The notes beneath the pieces were generated by a model that saw only the letters and a program-made list of their open reading frames with translations, was not told where the DNA came from and did not search any database. A program made the translations under genes and the position numbers. 64,000 nucleotides of DNA from Candidatus Omnitrophota bacterium (GTDB lineage: Bacteria > Omnitrophota > Gorgyraeia > Duberdicusellales > 4484-171), in contig JAHKAJ010000024.1 in the NCBI GenBank assembly GCA_018826075.1, forward strand, positions 4,343 to 68,342, read 5' to 3'. This document shows positions 28,067 through 37,035 of the stretch, one piece after another (positions within the stretch are counted from its first letter, which is position 1; each line of letters opens with the position of its first letter).

Positions 28067-29242
28067 GTGAAACAGTTTCTTGAAGGTTCCTGGGCGGTGG
28101 CGCAAGCGACTAAACTTTGCCGTCCCGGCGTAGTAGCAGCTTATCCGATAACACCCCAGACTCATATTGTTGAGCATCTGGCCCAATTTATCGCCGACGG
28201 CGACCTGAAAGCGCAAACTCTGAATGTGGAAAGTGAACATTCGGCGGCTTCAGTAGTCCTGGGTTCACAGGCTGCCGGAGTCAGGAGTTTTACCTGTACT
28301 AGCTCTCAAGGCCTTCTTTTGATGGGTGAAGTTGTTTTTTGTATAGCCGGTATGCGGCTTCCGGTGATGATGGTCTGTGCTAACCGGGCGATTTCAGCAC
28401 CGATTAATATTTGGAATGATCAGCAGGATTCAATATCTTTACGGGATGCCGGTTGGATACAGTTTTATGCCGAAAACAATCAGGAAGCAGTAGACCTGAT
28501 CATTGCCGGCTACAAAATCGGCGAAAATCCTAAGATCATGCTTCCGATAATGGTCTGTATGGATGGTTTTATTTTGACTCATGGTATGGAAGTCGTAGAT
28601 GTCCCGGATCAGGCCGAGGTCGATAAATTTCTTCCCAGCTACAAACCGCCCTATAAACTAGATGTAAACGACCCGATGAGCTTCGGCCTTTTAGGTGATC
28701 CTACGGTTTATACGGAAACGCGTTTTGCGATCCAGGATACTTTTAAAGATTTGCTTAAGCTCATACCGGATGTCGGGGCCGAATACAGTAAAGTTTTTGG
28801 CCGCCAGAGCATAAGATTAGTTGAGGAATATCTTATGGAGGATGCTGATACCGTTTTGGTGGCTATGGGGTCGGTTTGCGGGACAATAAAAGATGTAATT
28901 GATCTTGAACGCCAGAAAGGCAAAAAGGTCGGCCTGCTTAAAGTAGTGACTTACCGTCCGTTTCCTAAAGAAGCGATAAAAAAATCTTTAGCTAAAGTTA
29001 AATCTATCGGCGTGTTGGATAAAGATATTTCTTTGGGTTCTGACGGAGCTTTGTTTACTGAAGTCAAGGCAATCACTCCTGAGGATAAAAAAATCAGCGG
29101 CTTTATCGCTGGTTTAGGCGGCCGGGATATTCGGCCGGAATCTATTGAAAAGATGATTGTTACAACTGAAAAAGGTTCGGGATCTTCTGAATTTATCGAC
29201 TTAAATAAAGATTTGCTGTGGAACGAATTCCGGGTGATATAG
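28067..29242 (+). CDS. porA: 2-oxoacid:ferredoxin oxidoreductase alpha subunit
   Basis: AYPITPQT, VESEHSA, TSSQGL, NRA, GLGGRD. Confidence 0.93.
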   Translation: MKQFLEGSWAVAQATKLCRPGVVAAYPITPQTHIVEHLAQFIADGDLKAQTLNVESEHSAASVVLGSQAAGVRSFTCTSSQGLLLMGEVVFCIAGMRLPVMMVCANRAISAPINIWNDQQDSISLRDAGWIQFYAENNQEAVDLIIAGYKIGENPKIMLPIMVCMDGFILTHGMEVVDVPDQAEVDKFLPSYKPPYKLDVNDPMSFGLLGDPTVYTETRFAIQDTFKDLLKLIPDVGAEYSKVFGRQSIRLVEEYLMEDADTVLVAMGSVCGTIKDVIDLERQKGKKVGLLKVVTYRPFPKEAIKKSLAKVKSIGVLDKDISLGSDGALFTEVKAITPEDKKISGFIAGLGGRDIRPESIEKMIVTTEKGSGSSEFIDLNKDLLWNEFRVI

Positions 29243-29249
29243 GCATATA

Positions 29250-29280
29250 TGTAGGGGCGACCCGACGGGTCGCCCCTACA
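29250..29280. repeat. GTAG-type REP-like palindrome, copy 2
   Basis: TGTAGGGGCGACCC-GAC-GGGTCGCCCCTACA. Confidence 0.9.
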
Positions 29281-29300
29281 GAACGAGGTAAAAGATAGAT

Positions 29301-30185
29301 ATGGAACGAAAACATTTTACTGAAAATCTTTATGTGTCCGGGCATACAGCCTGTTCAGGCTGCGGCCAGTCAATGGCTGTACGGATAGTGATGAATACTG
29401 CCGGAAAAAATACCATGGTGGCTAATTCAACTGGTTGTCTTGAGGTTTTTTCGACTAAAGCGCCGGAAACTGCTTTTGGTGTACCTTGGATTCATTCGCT
29501 GTTTGAGAATTCAGCGGCAGTAGCCAGCGGCATAGAAGCGGCTTTAAAGCATCTAGGCACCCTTGATAAAATAAAAGTGATCTCTCAGGCCGGCGACGGT
29601 GGAACCGGAGACATCGGTTTGCAGGCAATATCCGGGATGCTTGAGCGCGGCCATGATATTTTATTTGTTTGTTACGATAATGAAGCCTATATGAATACCG
29701 GTATCCAGCGCAGCGGCTTGACCCCGTTTTATGCTAATACTACTACTTCACCGGTAGGTAAAAATTCTTTCGGTAACCCTCAAGTCAAAAAACCGGTGGT
29801 TGAGATCTGTGCCGCACACCATATTCCTTATTCAGCTACAGCTTCTGTAGGAAACCCTAAGGATATTGAGCGGAAAGTTAAAAAAGCCTTGTCGATCCGC
29901 GGCCCGAAATATCTACAGATCCATGTGCCTTGTCCTTTAGGTTGGAAATCTGAACCTTCTCAGACTATTGAGATCGCCCGCCTAGCAGTGGCTTGCGGTT
30001 TATATCCTTTGGTCGAATACGAATACGGAAAACTGGTAAGGGTTAATAAGTTGCCGGCGGCTAAACCAGTTGCTGATTACTTAAAGCTTCAAGGCCGCTT
30101 TCGCCATTTATTGAAGAAACCCGAAGAGCTAAAACGGGTTCAGGAAGTCGCTGACAAAAATATTGAATATTACGGATTGAAGTAG
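29301..30185 (+). CDS. porB: 2-oxoacid:ferredoxin oxidoreductase beta subunit (TPP-binding)
   Basis: GHTACSGCG, TGC, GDGGTGDIG, YDNEAYMNTG.QRS, PCPLGW. Confidence 0.93.
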   Translation: MERKHFTENLYVSGHTACSGCGQSMAVRIVMNTAGKNTMVANSTGCLEVFSTKAPETAFGVPWIHSLFENSAAVASGIEAALKHLGTLDKIKVISQAGDGGTGDIGLQAISGMLERGHDILFVCYDNEAYMNTGIQRSGLTPFYANTTTSPVGKNSFGNPQVKKPVVEICAAHHIPYSATASVGNPKDIERKVKKALSIRGPKYLQIHVPCPLGWKSEPSQTIEIARLAVACGLYPLVEYEYGKLVRVNKLPAAKPVADYLKLQGRFRHLLKKPEELKRVQEVADKNIEYYGLK

Positions 30186-30196
30186 GAGGATTCGTT

Positions 30197-30382
30197 ATGT
30201 CTAAGGTTAAGATTGACGAAAATGCTTGTGTTGGTTGCGGTTTGTGCGTTAATATTTGTGCTGAAGTTTTTGAGCTGGCCGATAACGGCATTGTCAAAGT
30301 CAAAGCTCATGAATGCGCCAGTTGCGACCTTTCCGAGGTAGCTTCTCAATGCCCGGTTAATGCGATTTTAATTGAAGATTAG
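30197..30382 (+). CDS. Single-cluster ferredoxin
   Basis: CVGCGLC...CPVNAI; SD AGGAGG. Confidence 0.9.
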   Translation: MSKVKIDENACVGCGLCVNICAEVFELADNGIVKVKAHECASCDLSEVASQCPVNAILIED

Positions 30383-30395
30383 TTTTTAGTTAACT

Positions 30396-30434
30396 AAAAA
30401 CCCCGTTTGAAGAGATTTAAACGGGGTATTTTTC
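30396..30434. terminator. Bidirectional intrinsic terminator between convergent ferredoxin and SurA-like genes
   Basis: ACCCCGTTT...AAACGGGGT hairpin flanked by A- and T-tracts. Confidence 0.8.
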
Positions 30435-30441
30435 TATCAGT

Positions 30442-31854
30442 TTAAGGCAGGAAGTCAAGGGTCAGGTTAGCTTCGGTTTTTATCTTTTCCAGAAATCGCT
30501 GGTATTTGAACAACCTTTTATTCTGGTCGATCAAAGCGTAGTAGTTATCTTTTTTCTTCTGAAAATCCTTTTCATCAAAATCAGTCAGGTTTTTTAATTG
30601 AATAATAACAGCAGCGGTTTCTTTCAGGAATAGCTGTGAATCGACTTGATCAGGTTGTAGCGAAAAAACTGCTTGGCTGATTCTTGAGTCAACCCCCAAC
30701 CCTTCAATATAATCGTAAAATTTAAAGTAGCCGGTTTCCTGGTAGGTGATATTTTCTTGGCTGGCTATTTTTTTCAAATTGGTAAGATTTTCGGTTTTTA
30801 TCTTTTCAAGCAGCTCCCGGCTGAACCTTTCGGTTTCGGTCTTTGCCCGCTCCAGCACCAGGCGGTCATTGACTTCAGCCTCAATATCAGAAAGCGGCGG
30901 AGTGAATTGTGGTTGTTGGTCAAGTTTTTCGATGATCAGGATCCCTTTTTCGGTTTCCAGCGGAGGAGTTAAACTGTTTTTATCCAGCGAAAAAGCTATT
31001 TGGGTTATTTCCGGCTGCCAGCCGATTTCCTCGATCGGATCGGAAATCCCGATTGGCCCGGTTTCCTTAAGCGGCAGATTATACATTTCAGCCAGTTTAT
31101 TCAAAACCTTGATTTCGGAAAGGCTTTTAAGGATATTGGTGACTTTGGGGTTATTTTTTTCGATAAGGACATAAGCAATGGTGACTTTGGCTTCCCGTTC
31201 AAAGAACAGTTTATTGTTTTGATAAAAATCTTCGATTTCAGCCGGGGTGATCCCGATCTCGACTTTAAATTTTTCATAGGGAATGGTCAAATAGGCGATT
31301 TTAGCTTTTTGGCTATCACGCAGGTAGAGCTCTTTGATTTCTTCAGGTTTCACGTCGACCTCGGCATATTTTTGGAATAATTTATCGATTTTTACGAACG
31401 AACGGATATATTCCTCAAAACTACGGGCGTCCAAGCCTAAATTGTAGCGCCGGGAAATAGTCTGCAAGAAACGAGCGTAGGTTTCTGGGTTAAATTTTCT
31501 TCCGGCGAACAGGTTTCGGATGATATAATTTCTGACTTCCTGGTTGCTGGCGGTGATTTTTTCCTGTTTAGCTTTCCAGATCAAAACCAAAAAGTCAAAA
31601 CCCAAGCGTTCAAAATCAAGCGGAGTTAAAGTTTTAGCGTCTTCCTTGGAGAGGATAAGCTGGATTTGGGCCAGGCGAATAGCGTTTTGAAGTTCAGAAA
31701 GGGTTATTTTTTTCCCGCCGATTTTACCGATCGGTTTTTTATCCCGGCCGCTTAAGTAAAAACCGGCTCCTGAGAGCCCAAAAGCGATGATAATCACTAT
31801 TGCCAGTATCCAGATTATCTTTTTAGCATGACGGTCGCGAAATTGGTTAAGCAT
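30442..31854 (-). CDS. SurA/PpiD-like membrane-anchored periplasmic chaperone
   Basis: ML..FR...KKIIWILAIVIIIAF PpiD-like N-terminus, SurA_N-like region, degenerate rotamase repeats (ETG.....IEG.G....AFSL). ATG 31854 preferred. Confidence 0.8.
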   Translation of the reverse strand: MLNQFRDRHAKKIIWILAIVIIIAFGLSGAGFYLSGRDKKPIGKIGGKKITLSELQNAIRLAQIQLILSKEDAKTLTPLDFERLGFDFLVLIWKAKQEKITASNQEVRNYIIRNLFAGRKFNPETYARFLQTISRRYNLGLDARSFEEYIRSFVKIDKLFQKYAEVDVKPEEIKELYLRDSQKAKIAYLTIPYEKFKVEIGITPAEIEDFYQNNKLFFEREAKVTIAYVLIEKNNPKVTNILKSLSEIKVLNKLAEMYNLPLKETGPIGISDPIEEIGWQPEITQIAFSLDKNSLTPPLETEKGILIIEKLDQQPQFTPPLSDIEAEVNDRLVLERAKTETERFSRELLEKIKTENLTNLKKIASQENITYQETGYFKFYDYIEGLGVDSRISQAVFSLQPDQVDSQLFLKETAAVIIQLKNLTDFDEKDFQKKKDNYYALIDQNKRLFKYQRFLEKIKTEANLTLDFLP

Positions 31855-31943
31855 GACGCCTATATTATCATAGAAAGCCTGTCTTGCCAATAGTCTTAGT
31901 TTATGTTATCTTTTAAGCAGTTGATTATGGTTCATTGATAAAT

Positions 31944-32299
31944 GGGGGTGTAAAGGCTTCGACGTACTGGCTAAATGAACGGCCGCATGCCGCGAGGGTA
32001 AGCCGCCCGCGTTAACGGGGCTTACAAAACACAAATGCAACACCTTACGTTGCTGAACCTGAATACGCGTTAAGCTAATCAGGGCACTGATATTCTTTAC
32101 CTCAAGGGGTATTAGTGTTTAAACTAAGAGGTTAGGATCCGGTTCTTTTGCTTTGAGAGCCTGGTCTGAAAACAAGAAAGCTGCTGCTCGGAGGATCTGG
32201 CCCTTTAGAGCCTTGGGGCTTAAGCTAAACAGAGGGATAAGCATGTAGTGGCTTTTCGTTGAACCTTTACGGACGCGGGTTCGATTCCCGCCACCTCCA
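31944..32299 (+). ncRNA. ssrA: tmRNA
   Basis: 5' GGGGGTG...TTCGAC; 3' GGACGCGGGTTCGATTCCCGCCACCTCCA tRNA-Ala-like domain with G3-U pair; tag ORF 32037-32078 ATPYVAEPEYALS*. Confidence 0.95.
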
Positions 32300-32397
32300 G
32301 TTTTTATTTTTGCAAAGTAAAAAACGGTATGGTAAAATAAATTAAGTTTCAGTTAACTTTTTTTGTACAGAATTTTTTGTAAAACAAAGGGGGCAGG

Positions 32398-32712
32398 ATG
32401 GCTAAAAAAAATGATGGGCTAAAGGAGATGTTGGATAAGATTTGGCCGAAGACTAAAAAGGAATTGGAAAAGGGTATTGTCGAGGCAAAAAAGATGCTCG
32501 GCAAGGGCGAGAAATATCTTAAGCAAGTTTCGGAACGGGGAGTCATTAAGACCAAGAAACTTTCTTTAGGATTAAAGAAAGAGAAGCTGTATTATGATTT
32601 AGGCAAGGCTTTAGCTAAAACCCAGGCTAGCGAATGGCCGGCTAACCGAAAGATCAGCAGCCTGCTCGGCCAAATTAAAAACTTGGATCAGCAGATTCGG
32701 AAAATAAAATAA
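32398..32712 (+). CDS. Hypothetical lysine-rich helical protein
   Basis: 104-aa ORF with SD AAGGGGG, co-oriented with trxA. Confidence 0.75.
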   Translation: MAKKNDGLKEMLDKIWPKTKKELEKGIVEAKKMLGKGEKYLKQVSERGVIKTKKLSLGLKKEKLYYDLGKALAKTQASEWPANRKISSLLGQIKNLDQQIRKIK

Positions 32713-32739
32713 ATAGTCAGCAAAAGGGGGAAAGCAGTT

Positions 32740-33057
32740 ATGGAAATCAACCTCACCGCCAAAAATTTTCAGTCTGAAGTTATTGAGGCTAAAACGCCGG
32801 TATTAGTCGATTTTTGGGCTCCCTGGTGCGGGCCTTGCAAGCTGGTCGCACCTTATCTTGAGCAGTTAGCTAAAGAATACGAGGGTAAACTCAAGGTTTG
32901 CAAGCTTAACGTTGATGAAGCCCCGGATTTAGCCACTAAATATACGATAATGAGTATACCGGCCTTGTTGATATTTAAAGACGGCAAGATTATGGAAAAG
33001 CGGGTCGGGGCAATGGGTAAAAATGAGCTTGAGAAGTTTAGCCAAGCTTATTTGTAG
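32740..33057 (+). CDS. trxA: Thioredoxin
   Basis: VDFWAPWCGPC, SIP. Confidence 0.97.
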   Translation: MEINLTAKNFQSEVIEAKTPVLVDFWAPWCGPCKLVAPYLEQLAKEYEGKLKVCKLNVDEAPDLATKYTIMSIPALLIFKDGKIMEKRVGAMGKNELEKFSQAYL

Positions 33058-33104
33058 TCTTTTTCTTCCCTCCTAAATAATATATGGCTCCGGCTAAAAA
33101 ATAC

Positions 33105-33133
33105 TTGCCGATAAGCTGATATATTGCTATAAT
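33105..33133 (+). promoter_or_regulatory. Sigma70 promoter of tRNA pair
   Basis: TTGCCG-17-TATAAT with TG extended -10. Confidence 0.65.
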
Positions 33134-33158
33134 CATACGGTTTAAACCGGCTTATCAC

Positions 33159-33232
33159 GGGCCCGTAGCTCAGCTGGTTAGAGCAGGACACTCATAATGT
33201 CTTGGTCCGGGGTTCGAGTCCCTGCGGGCCCA
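33159..33232 (+). tRNA. tRNA with CAT anticodon, most likely tRNA-Ile2 (lysidine)
   Basis: GGGCCCG/CGGGCCC acceptor, GGACA-CTCATAA-TGTCT anticodon arm, GGTTCGAG T-loop; resembles ileX-type sequences. CCA not encoded. Confidence 0.9.
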
Positions 33233-33339
33233 TTCTGCTTCGCCGCTCGAGCAGCAAAATTACGGTGCGGCTACGCAGTAATTTGAGTAGTCCTGCGAAG
33301 CTCTACCGGCGTGTTAGAAAGTCTAAGAGCGAAGTAGAC

Positions 33340-33413
33340 GCGCGCATGGCTCAGTTGGCTAGAGCATTGCCTTCACATGGCAGGGATCGCTGGTTCAAGT
33401 CCAGCTGCGCGCA
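33340..33413 (+). tRNA. tRNA-Val(CAC)
   Basis: GCGCGCA/TGCGCGC acceptor, TTGCC-TTCACAT-GGCAG anticodon arm, GGTTCAAG T-loop. Confidence 0.93.
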
Positions 33414-33435
33414 TTTAAAAATTTAAGCAGTTTTC

Positions 33436-34161
33436 ATGAATTTAAAAGACGAAATCAGAAAATTAGCCGAACTTCAGGAGTTGGATTCCCAAATATACGA
33501 GTTAAACCGGGAGCACGACGTAACCAAGCCGGAATCATTGCAAAAAATAAAAACTGATTTTCAGGAAAAACAAAGCACATTGGCAAAGTTTGAAACCGAT
33601 CTGAAAAATCTGCAGTTAAAGAAAAAAGAACGTGAAATTGAGCTGGCAACTAAAGAAGACAGTTTGCGTAAAGCCCAGGGGCAGCTTTATCAATTGAAAA
33701 CCAACAAAGAGTATCAAGCTAAACTTACTGAAATCGGTTCGTTGAAGGCCGATATTTCGGTTGCCGAAGAGGAAGTTTTAAAGACCCTTGAAGAAATCGA
33801 TGTAGCCAAAACTAAGTTAGACCAGGAAAAGGCCGTTGTTCTTGAGATTGAAAATAAATATAAGCTTCAAGAAGGGAAAGTAAATCAGGAGATAAAAGAT
33901 ATCGAGGTGAAACTTTCAAGTCTAAACAGTAAGCGCGATCAACTCTCCCGAGAAATTGATAAGACCATCGCGGTCAAATACGAAAAGTTGATTTTAAGCC
34001 GTAATGGCCTGGCGCTAGCGGCGGTGAAAAACAACAATTGCAGTGCTTGCCATCTAGCCCTGACTCATCAGAAAATAAATGAAATAAAAATGTACGATAA
34101 TATGGTTTTTTGTGAAAACTGTGTGCGAATGCTTTATCTGCCAGAGGATATTTTCCAATGA
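33436..34161 (+). CDS. Coiled-coil protein with C-terminal C4 zinc ribbon (DUF164/CT398-like)
   Basis: LQELD, KTNKEYQA, CSACH...CENC.RMLY. Confidence 0.88.
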   Translation: MNLKDEIRKLAELQELDSQIYELNREHDVTKPESLQKIKTDFQEKQSTLAKFETDLKNLQLKKKEREIELATKEDSLRKAQGQLYQLKTNKEYQAKLTEIGSLKADISVAEEEVLKTLEEIDVAKTKLDQEKAVVLEIENKYKLQEGKVNQEIKDIEVKLSSLNSKRDQLSREIDKTIAVKYEKLILSRNGLALAAVKNNNCSACHLALTHQKINEIKMYDNMVFCENCVRMLYLPEDIFQ

Positions 34162-34550
34162 CAGTTTATATCGACGGCGCTTCGGTAGGCAATCCCGGTA
34201 AAAGCGGTATCGGTTATTTGATCTACGATCAGGGCCGCTGCTTAAAAAAAGAAAGTATTTATCTAGGCGTACAGTCAAACAACTTTGCCGAATATATGGC
34301 CTTGATTTTTTCGTTAGCCGAGATAACTGCCATGGGCCAGAAAGAAGCGGCAGTATTTTCTGACAGTGAATTGATCTGTGAACAGATCAAGGGTAACTAC
34401 AAGGTGAAAAATCAAAATCTCTATCCGCTTTATGTTTTAGCCAAGACTTTGATCTCAAAATTAGACAAGTTTACTATAACTCATATCGATCGGGAGAAAA
34501 ATCAGGAAGCTGATAAATTAGCTAAGCAAGCAACTGGATTTTTAGTATAG
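34158..34550 (+). CDS. rnhA: Ribonuclease HI
   Basis: DGAS.GNPG, NNFAEY, SDSEL, REKNQEADKLA. Confidence 0.92.
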   Translation: MTVYIDGASVGNPGKSGIGYLIYDQGRCLKKESIYLGVQSNNFAEYMALIFSLAEITAMGQKEAAVFSDSELICEQIKGNYKVKNQNLYPLYVLAKTLISKLDKFTITHIDREKNQEADKLAKQATGFLV

Positions 34551-34569
34551 CCTAATTAAGGAGGTAATA

Positions 34570-35325
34570 ATGAGTGGTCATTCAAAATGGGCAAGTATTA
34601 AACATAAAAAAGGAGCGGCTGACGCTAAACGCGGCCGCCTGTTTACAAAATTAATCCGGGAAATTACCGTAGCCGCCAAGTCCGGAGGTGGTAACTCCGA
34701 TACCAATCCCAGCCTGCGCACTGCTGTTTCCCGGGCCCAGGCCGCTAATATGCCTAAAGATAATATTGAGAAGGCAATTAAGAAAGGCACTGGCGAACTT
34801 CCCGGGGTAAACTATGAAAGCTGCGTTTTTGAAGGCTATGGCCCGGGAGGAGTTGCGATCATCGTTGATGTCCTTACTGATAATAAAAACCGGGCTTCTG
34901 CTGAAATCCGCAATATTTTTACTAAGCGTGGTGCCAATATGGCCGGCGCTGGCAGCGTAGCCTGGATTTTCACATCTAAAGGCTATATTTTGATCGATAA
35001 AGAGGTTATTTCTGAAGAGGAGCTTTTTTCGCTGTGTATTGATGCCGGAGCTGAAGACATAAAAGCTGCCGATAAAAGTTTTGAAGTTTATTGCGACCCT
35101 AAAGATTTTGAAAAAGTAAAAGCGGCTCTGGAAGCTAAAAAGATTACTTGGGAAGAGGCCGACCTGACTAAAGTTCCAAACTCTACTGTCCGAGTCGGCG
35201 GGCCAGAAGCCAAGCAACTCCTTTCGCTTGTCGAATCGCTGGAAGACCATGATGATGTCCAAAAGGTTTACGCTAACTTTGATATTCCTGATGATGTTTT
35301 AGAAAAGATAGCCCAGGAGATCTAA
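34570..35325 (+). CDS. yebC: YebC/PmpR family protein
   Basis: MSGHSKWASIKHKK, EGYGPGG, TDNKNR, DDVQKVYANF. Confidence 0.96.
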   Translation: MSGHSKWASIKHKKGAADAKRGRLFTKLIREITVAAKSGGGNSDTNPSLRTAVSRAQAANMPKDNIEKAIKKGTGELPGVNYESCVFEGYGPGGVAIIVDVLTDNKNRASAEIRNIFTKRGANMAGAGSVAWIFTSKGYILIDKEVISEEELFSLCIDAGAEDIKAADKSFEVYCDPKDFEKVKAALEAKKITWEEADLTKVPNSTVRVGGPEAKQLLSLVESLEDHDDVQKVYANFDIPDDVLEKIAQEI

Positions 35326-35327
35326 GA

Positions 35328-35822
35328 GTGGTAGTTTTAGGGGTTGATGTCGGGATAAGAGTCTTAGGATACGTTCTTTGTAAACTACACGGTTTGGAGG
35401 TTAGCTTACTCAAAGAGAGCCAGATTAAACCCGACCCCAAAAAAACTTTACCTGAAAAACTGGGTTATATTTTTCAGGAGTTATCTGGTGATATTAGTCA
35501 ATATCAGCCCAAAGCCATAGTGGTTGAAAAACTTTATTCGCACTATCGTCATCCTACCACTTTAGGAGTTTTGGCCCAGGTGCGCGGCGCGGTAGCTTTG
35601 CTGGCTCATCAGCGGGCAGTAGATTTTTTTGAATATTCACCCACCCGGGCTCGTAAATCTTTTTTGGGAAAGGGAAGTGCTGATTCCCGCCAGGTTCAGC
35701 GGATGGCTGAAAATATCACCGGTAGGAGTTTTATTTCCGGGCACACCGCGGATGCGTTTTCTTTAGTGGTGGCTTTTTCCCATGCTCAAAAACTAAAAAA
35801 AGTGTTAGAGGGGGCTTTCTAA
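35328..35822 (+). CDS. ruvC: Holliday junction resolvase RuvC
   Basis: LGVDVG, VVEK, EYSP, G.GSA...QV..M, ADA; position between yebC and ruvA. Confidence 0.88.
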   Translation: MVVLGVDVGIRVLGYVLCKLHGLEVSLLKESQIKPDPKKTLPEKLGYIFQELSGDISQYQPKAIVVEKLYSHYRHPTTLGVLAQVRGAVALLAHQRAVDFFEYSPTRARKSFLGKGSADSRQVQRMAENITGRSFISGHTADAFSLVVAFSHAQKLKKVLEGAF

Positions 35823-35839
35823 AGCTTTGAAAATAGTTT

Positions 35840-36451
35840 ATGATCTATAAGCTTAAAGGTAAACTGGTCAAAAAAGAGGATCACCGAGTGATCATCGATG
35901 TTAACGGTATTTTTTATGAGGTGAATATACCGCAAACTGTTGCTAGGAACCTTAAACCCGATGCCAATAATAATGTTGAGTTGATCATTTATCATTATTT
36001 GTCGATGGATCAAAACCGGGGAATCCCGGTTTTAGTCGGATTCAGCGAAGAGTTGGAAAAAGATTTTTTTGAGAAGTTTATCAGCGTTACCGGAGTCGGG
36101 CCACGGGCAGCTTTAAAAGCATTTGAGGAACCAGTGCCAGCTATTGCCCAGGCGATTGAAAGAGGCGATTCAGGATTTCTTACTAGTTTAGTCGGTATCG
36201 GCAACCAGCGGGCTAAACAGATCATTGCTCATCTTCAGGGTAAAGTCGGCAGGTTTGCCCTTATCCGGACTGAAGAAACGAAACCCGAGCCTCAAAAAAC
36301 CGCAGTCATCGAAGAAGCCAAACAGATCTTGCGGCGCCTTCAATATAACCCGCGGGAAATCGAAACTATGATTGAGAAGGCGGTTTCCGCCAACTCCGGG
36401 TTGGGCAGCAGTGAAGAGTTATTAAATGAGATCTATCGTCAGAGGAAATAG
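35840..36451 (+). CDS. ruvA: Holliday junction branch migration protein RuvA
   Basis: MIYKLKGKL, DVNGIFYEV, HhH motifs SVTGVGP and LVGIG. Confidence 0.9.
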   Translation: MIYKLKGKLVKKEDHRVIIDVNGIFYEVNIPQTVARNLKPDANNNVELIIYHYLSMDQNRGIPVLVGFSEELEKDFFEKFISVTGVGPRAALKAFEEPVPAIAQAIERGDSGFLTSLVGIGNQRAKQIIAHLQGKVGRFALIRTEETKPEPQKTAVIEEAKQILRRLQYNPREIETMIEKAVSANSGLGSSEELLNEIYRQRK

Positions 36452-36454
36452 ACT

Positions 36455-37018
36455 ATGGATAACCAAAAAATAAAATCGATTCTTGAATCCTTACTTTTTA
36501 TTAATGAACGACCGGTAGAGGTAAATGAGCTCTTGGATGTCCTTGAAGTCGGAAAAAAAGAGATCGAAGCTGCGGCTTCTGATCTGATCGAGGAGTATAA
36601 ACAACGTCAAAGCGGGATATCGATTGTGAAGGTAGCTGGCGGATATCAAATGTGTTCGACTCCCGACAATGAGCCTTGGGTTAAAAAGATGTACCAGGAG
36701 CGGACTAAACAAAAACTTTCTACGGCTTCACTGGAAACTTTGGCGATTGTGGCTTACAAACAGCCGATTACCCGTATCGAGGTCGAAGCTATCCGTGGCG
36801 TCAATATCGACGGTGTGGTAAAAAAGTTAACTGATGCCGGATTGATCAAAATCGGCGGTAGAAAAGATGTAGTCGGCCGGCCGTTTCTTTATATCACTAC
36901 CCGTAAATTTTTGGAATATTTTGGAATTAACAGCTTAAAAGACCTGCCTAAATTGGAAGATTTTGTTGCTTTGGCTGGCAAAGAACAGGAATCTCCGGCG
37001 CCGGCAGAGTCAGGATAA
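36455..37018 (+). CDS. scpB: SMC-Scp complex subunit ScpB
   Basis: LESLLF, VAGGYQ, LETLAIVAYKQPITR, IRGV, GRPFLY.TT..FL.YFG..SLKDLP. Confidence 0.95.
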   Translation: MDNQKIKSILESLLFINERPVEVNELLDVLEVGKKEIEAAASDLIEEYKQRQSGISIVKVAGGYQMCSTPDNEPWVKKMYQERTKQKLSTASLETLAIVAYKQPITRIEVEAIRGVNIDGVVKKLTDAGLIKIGGRKDVVGRPFLYITTRKFLEYFGINSLKDLPKLEDFVALAGKEQESPAPAESG

Positions 37019-37035
37019 ACAAAGGAGATTAAAGT

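Noticed and set aside
33202-33426. 74-aa ORF
   Set aside because: Overlaps two tRNA genes.
34651-35262. 203-aa antisense ORF, and many similar minus-strand ORFs (e.g. 5551-6117, 12970-13395, 54157-54636)
   Set aside because: They lie wholly opposite well-supported genes and have no motifs or RBS; they are shadow ORFs.
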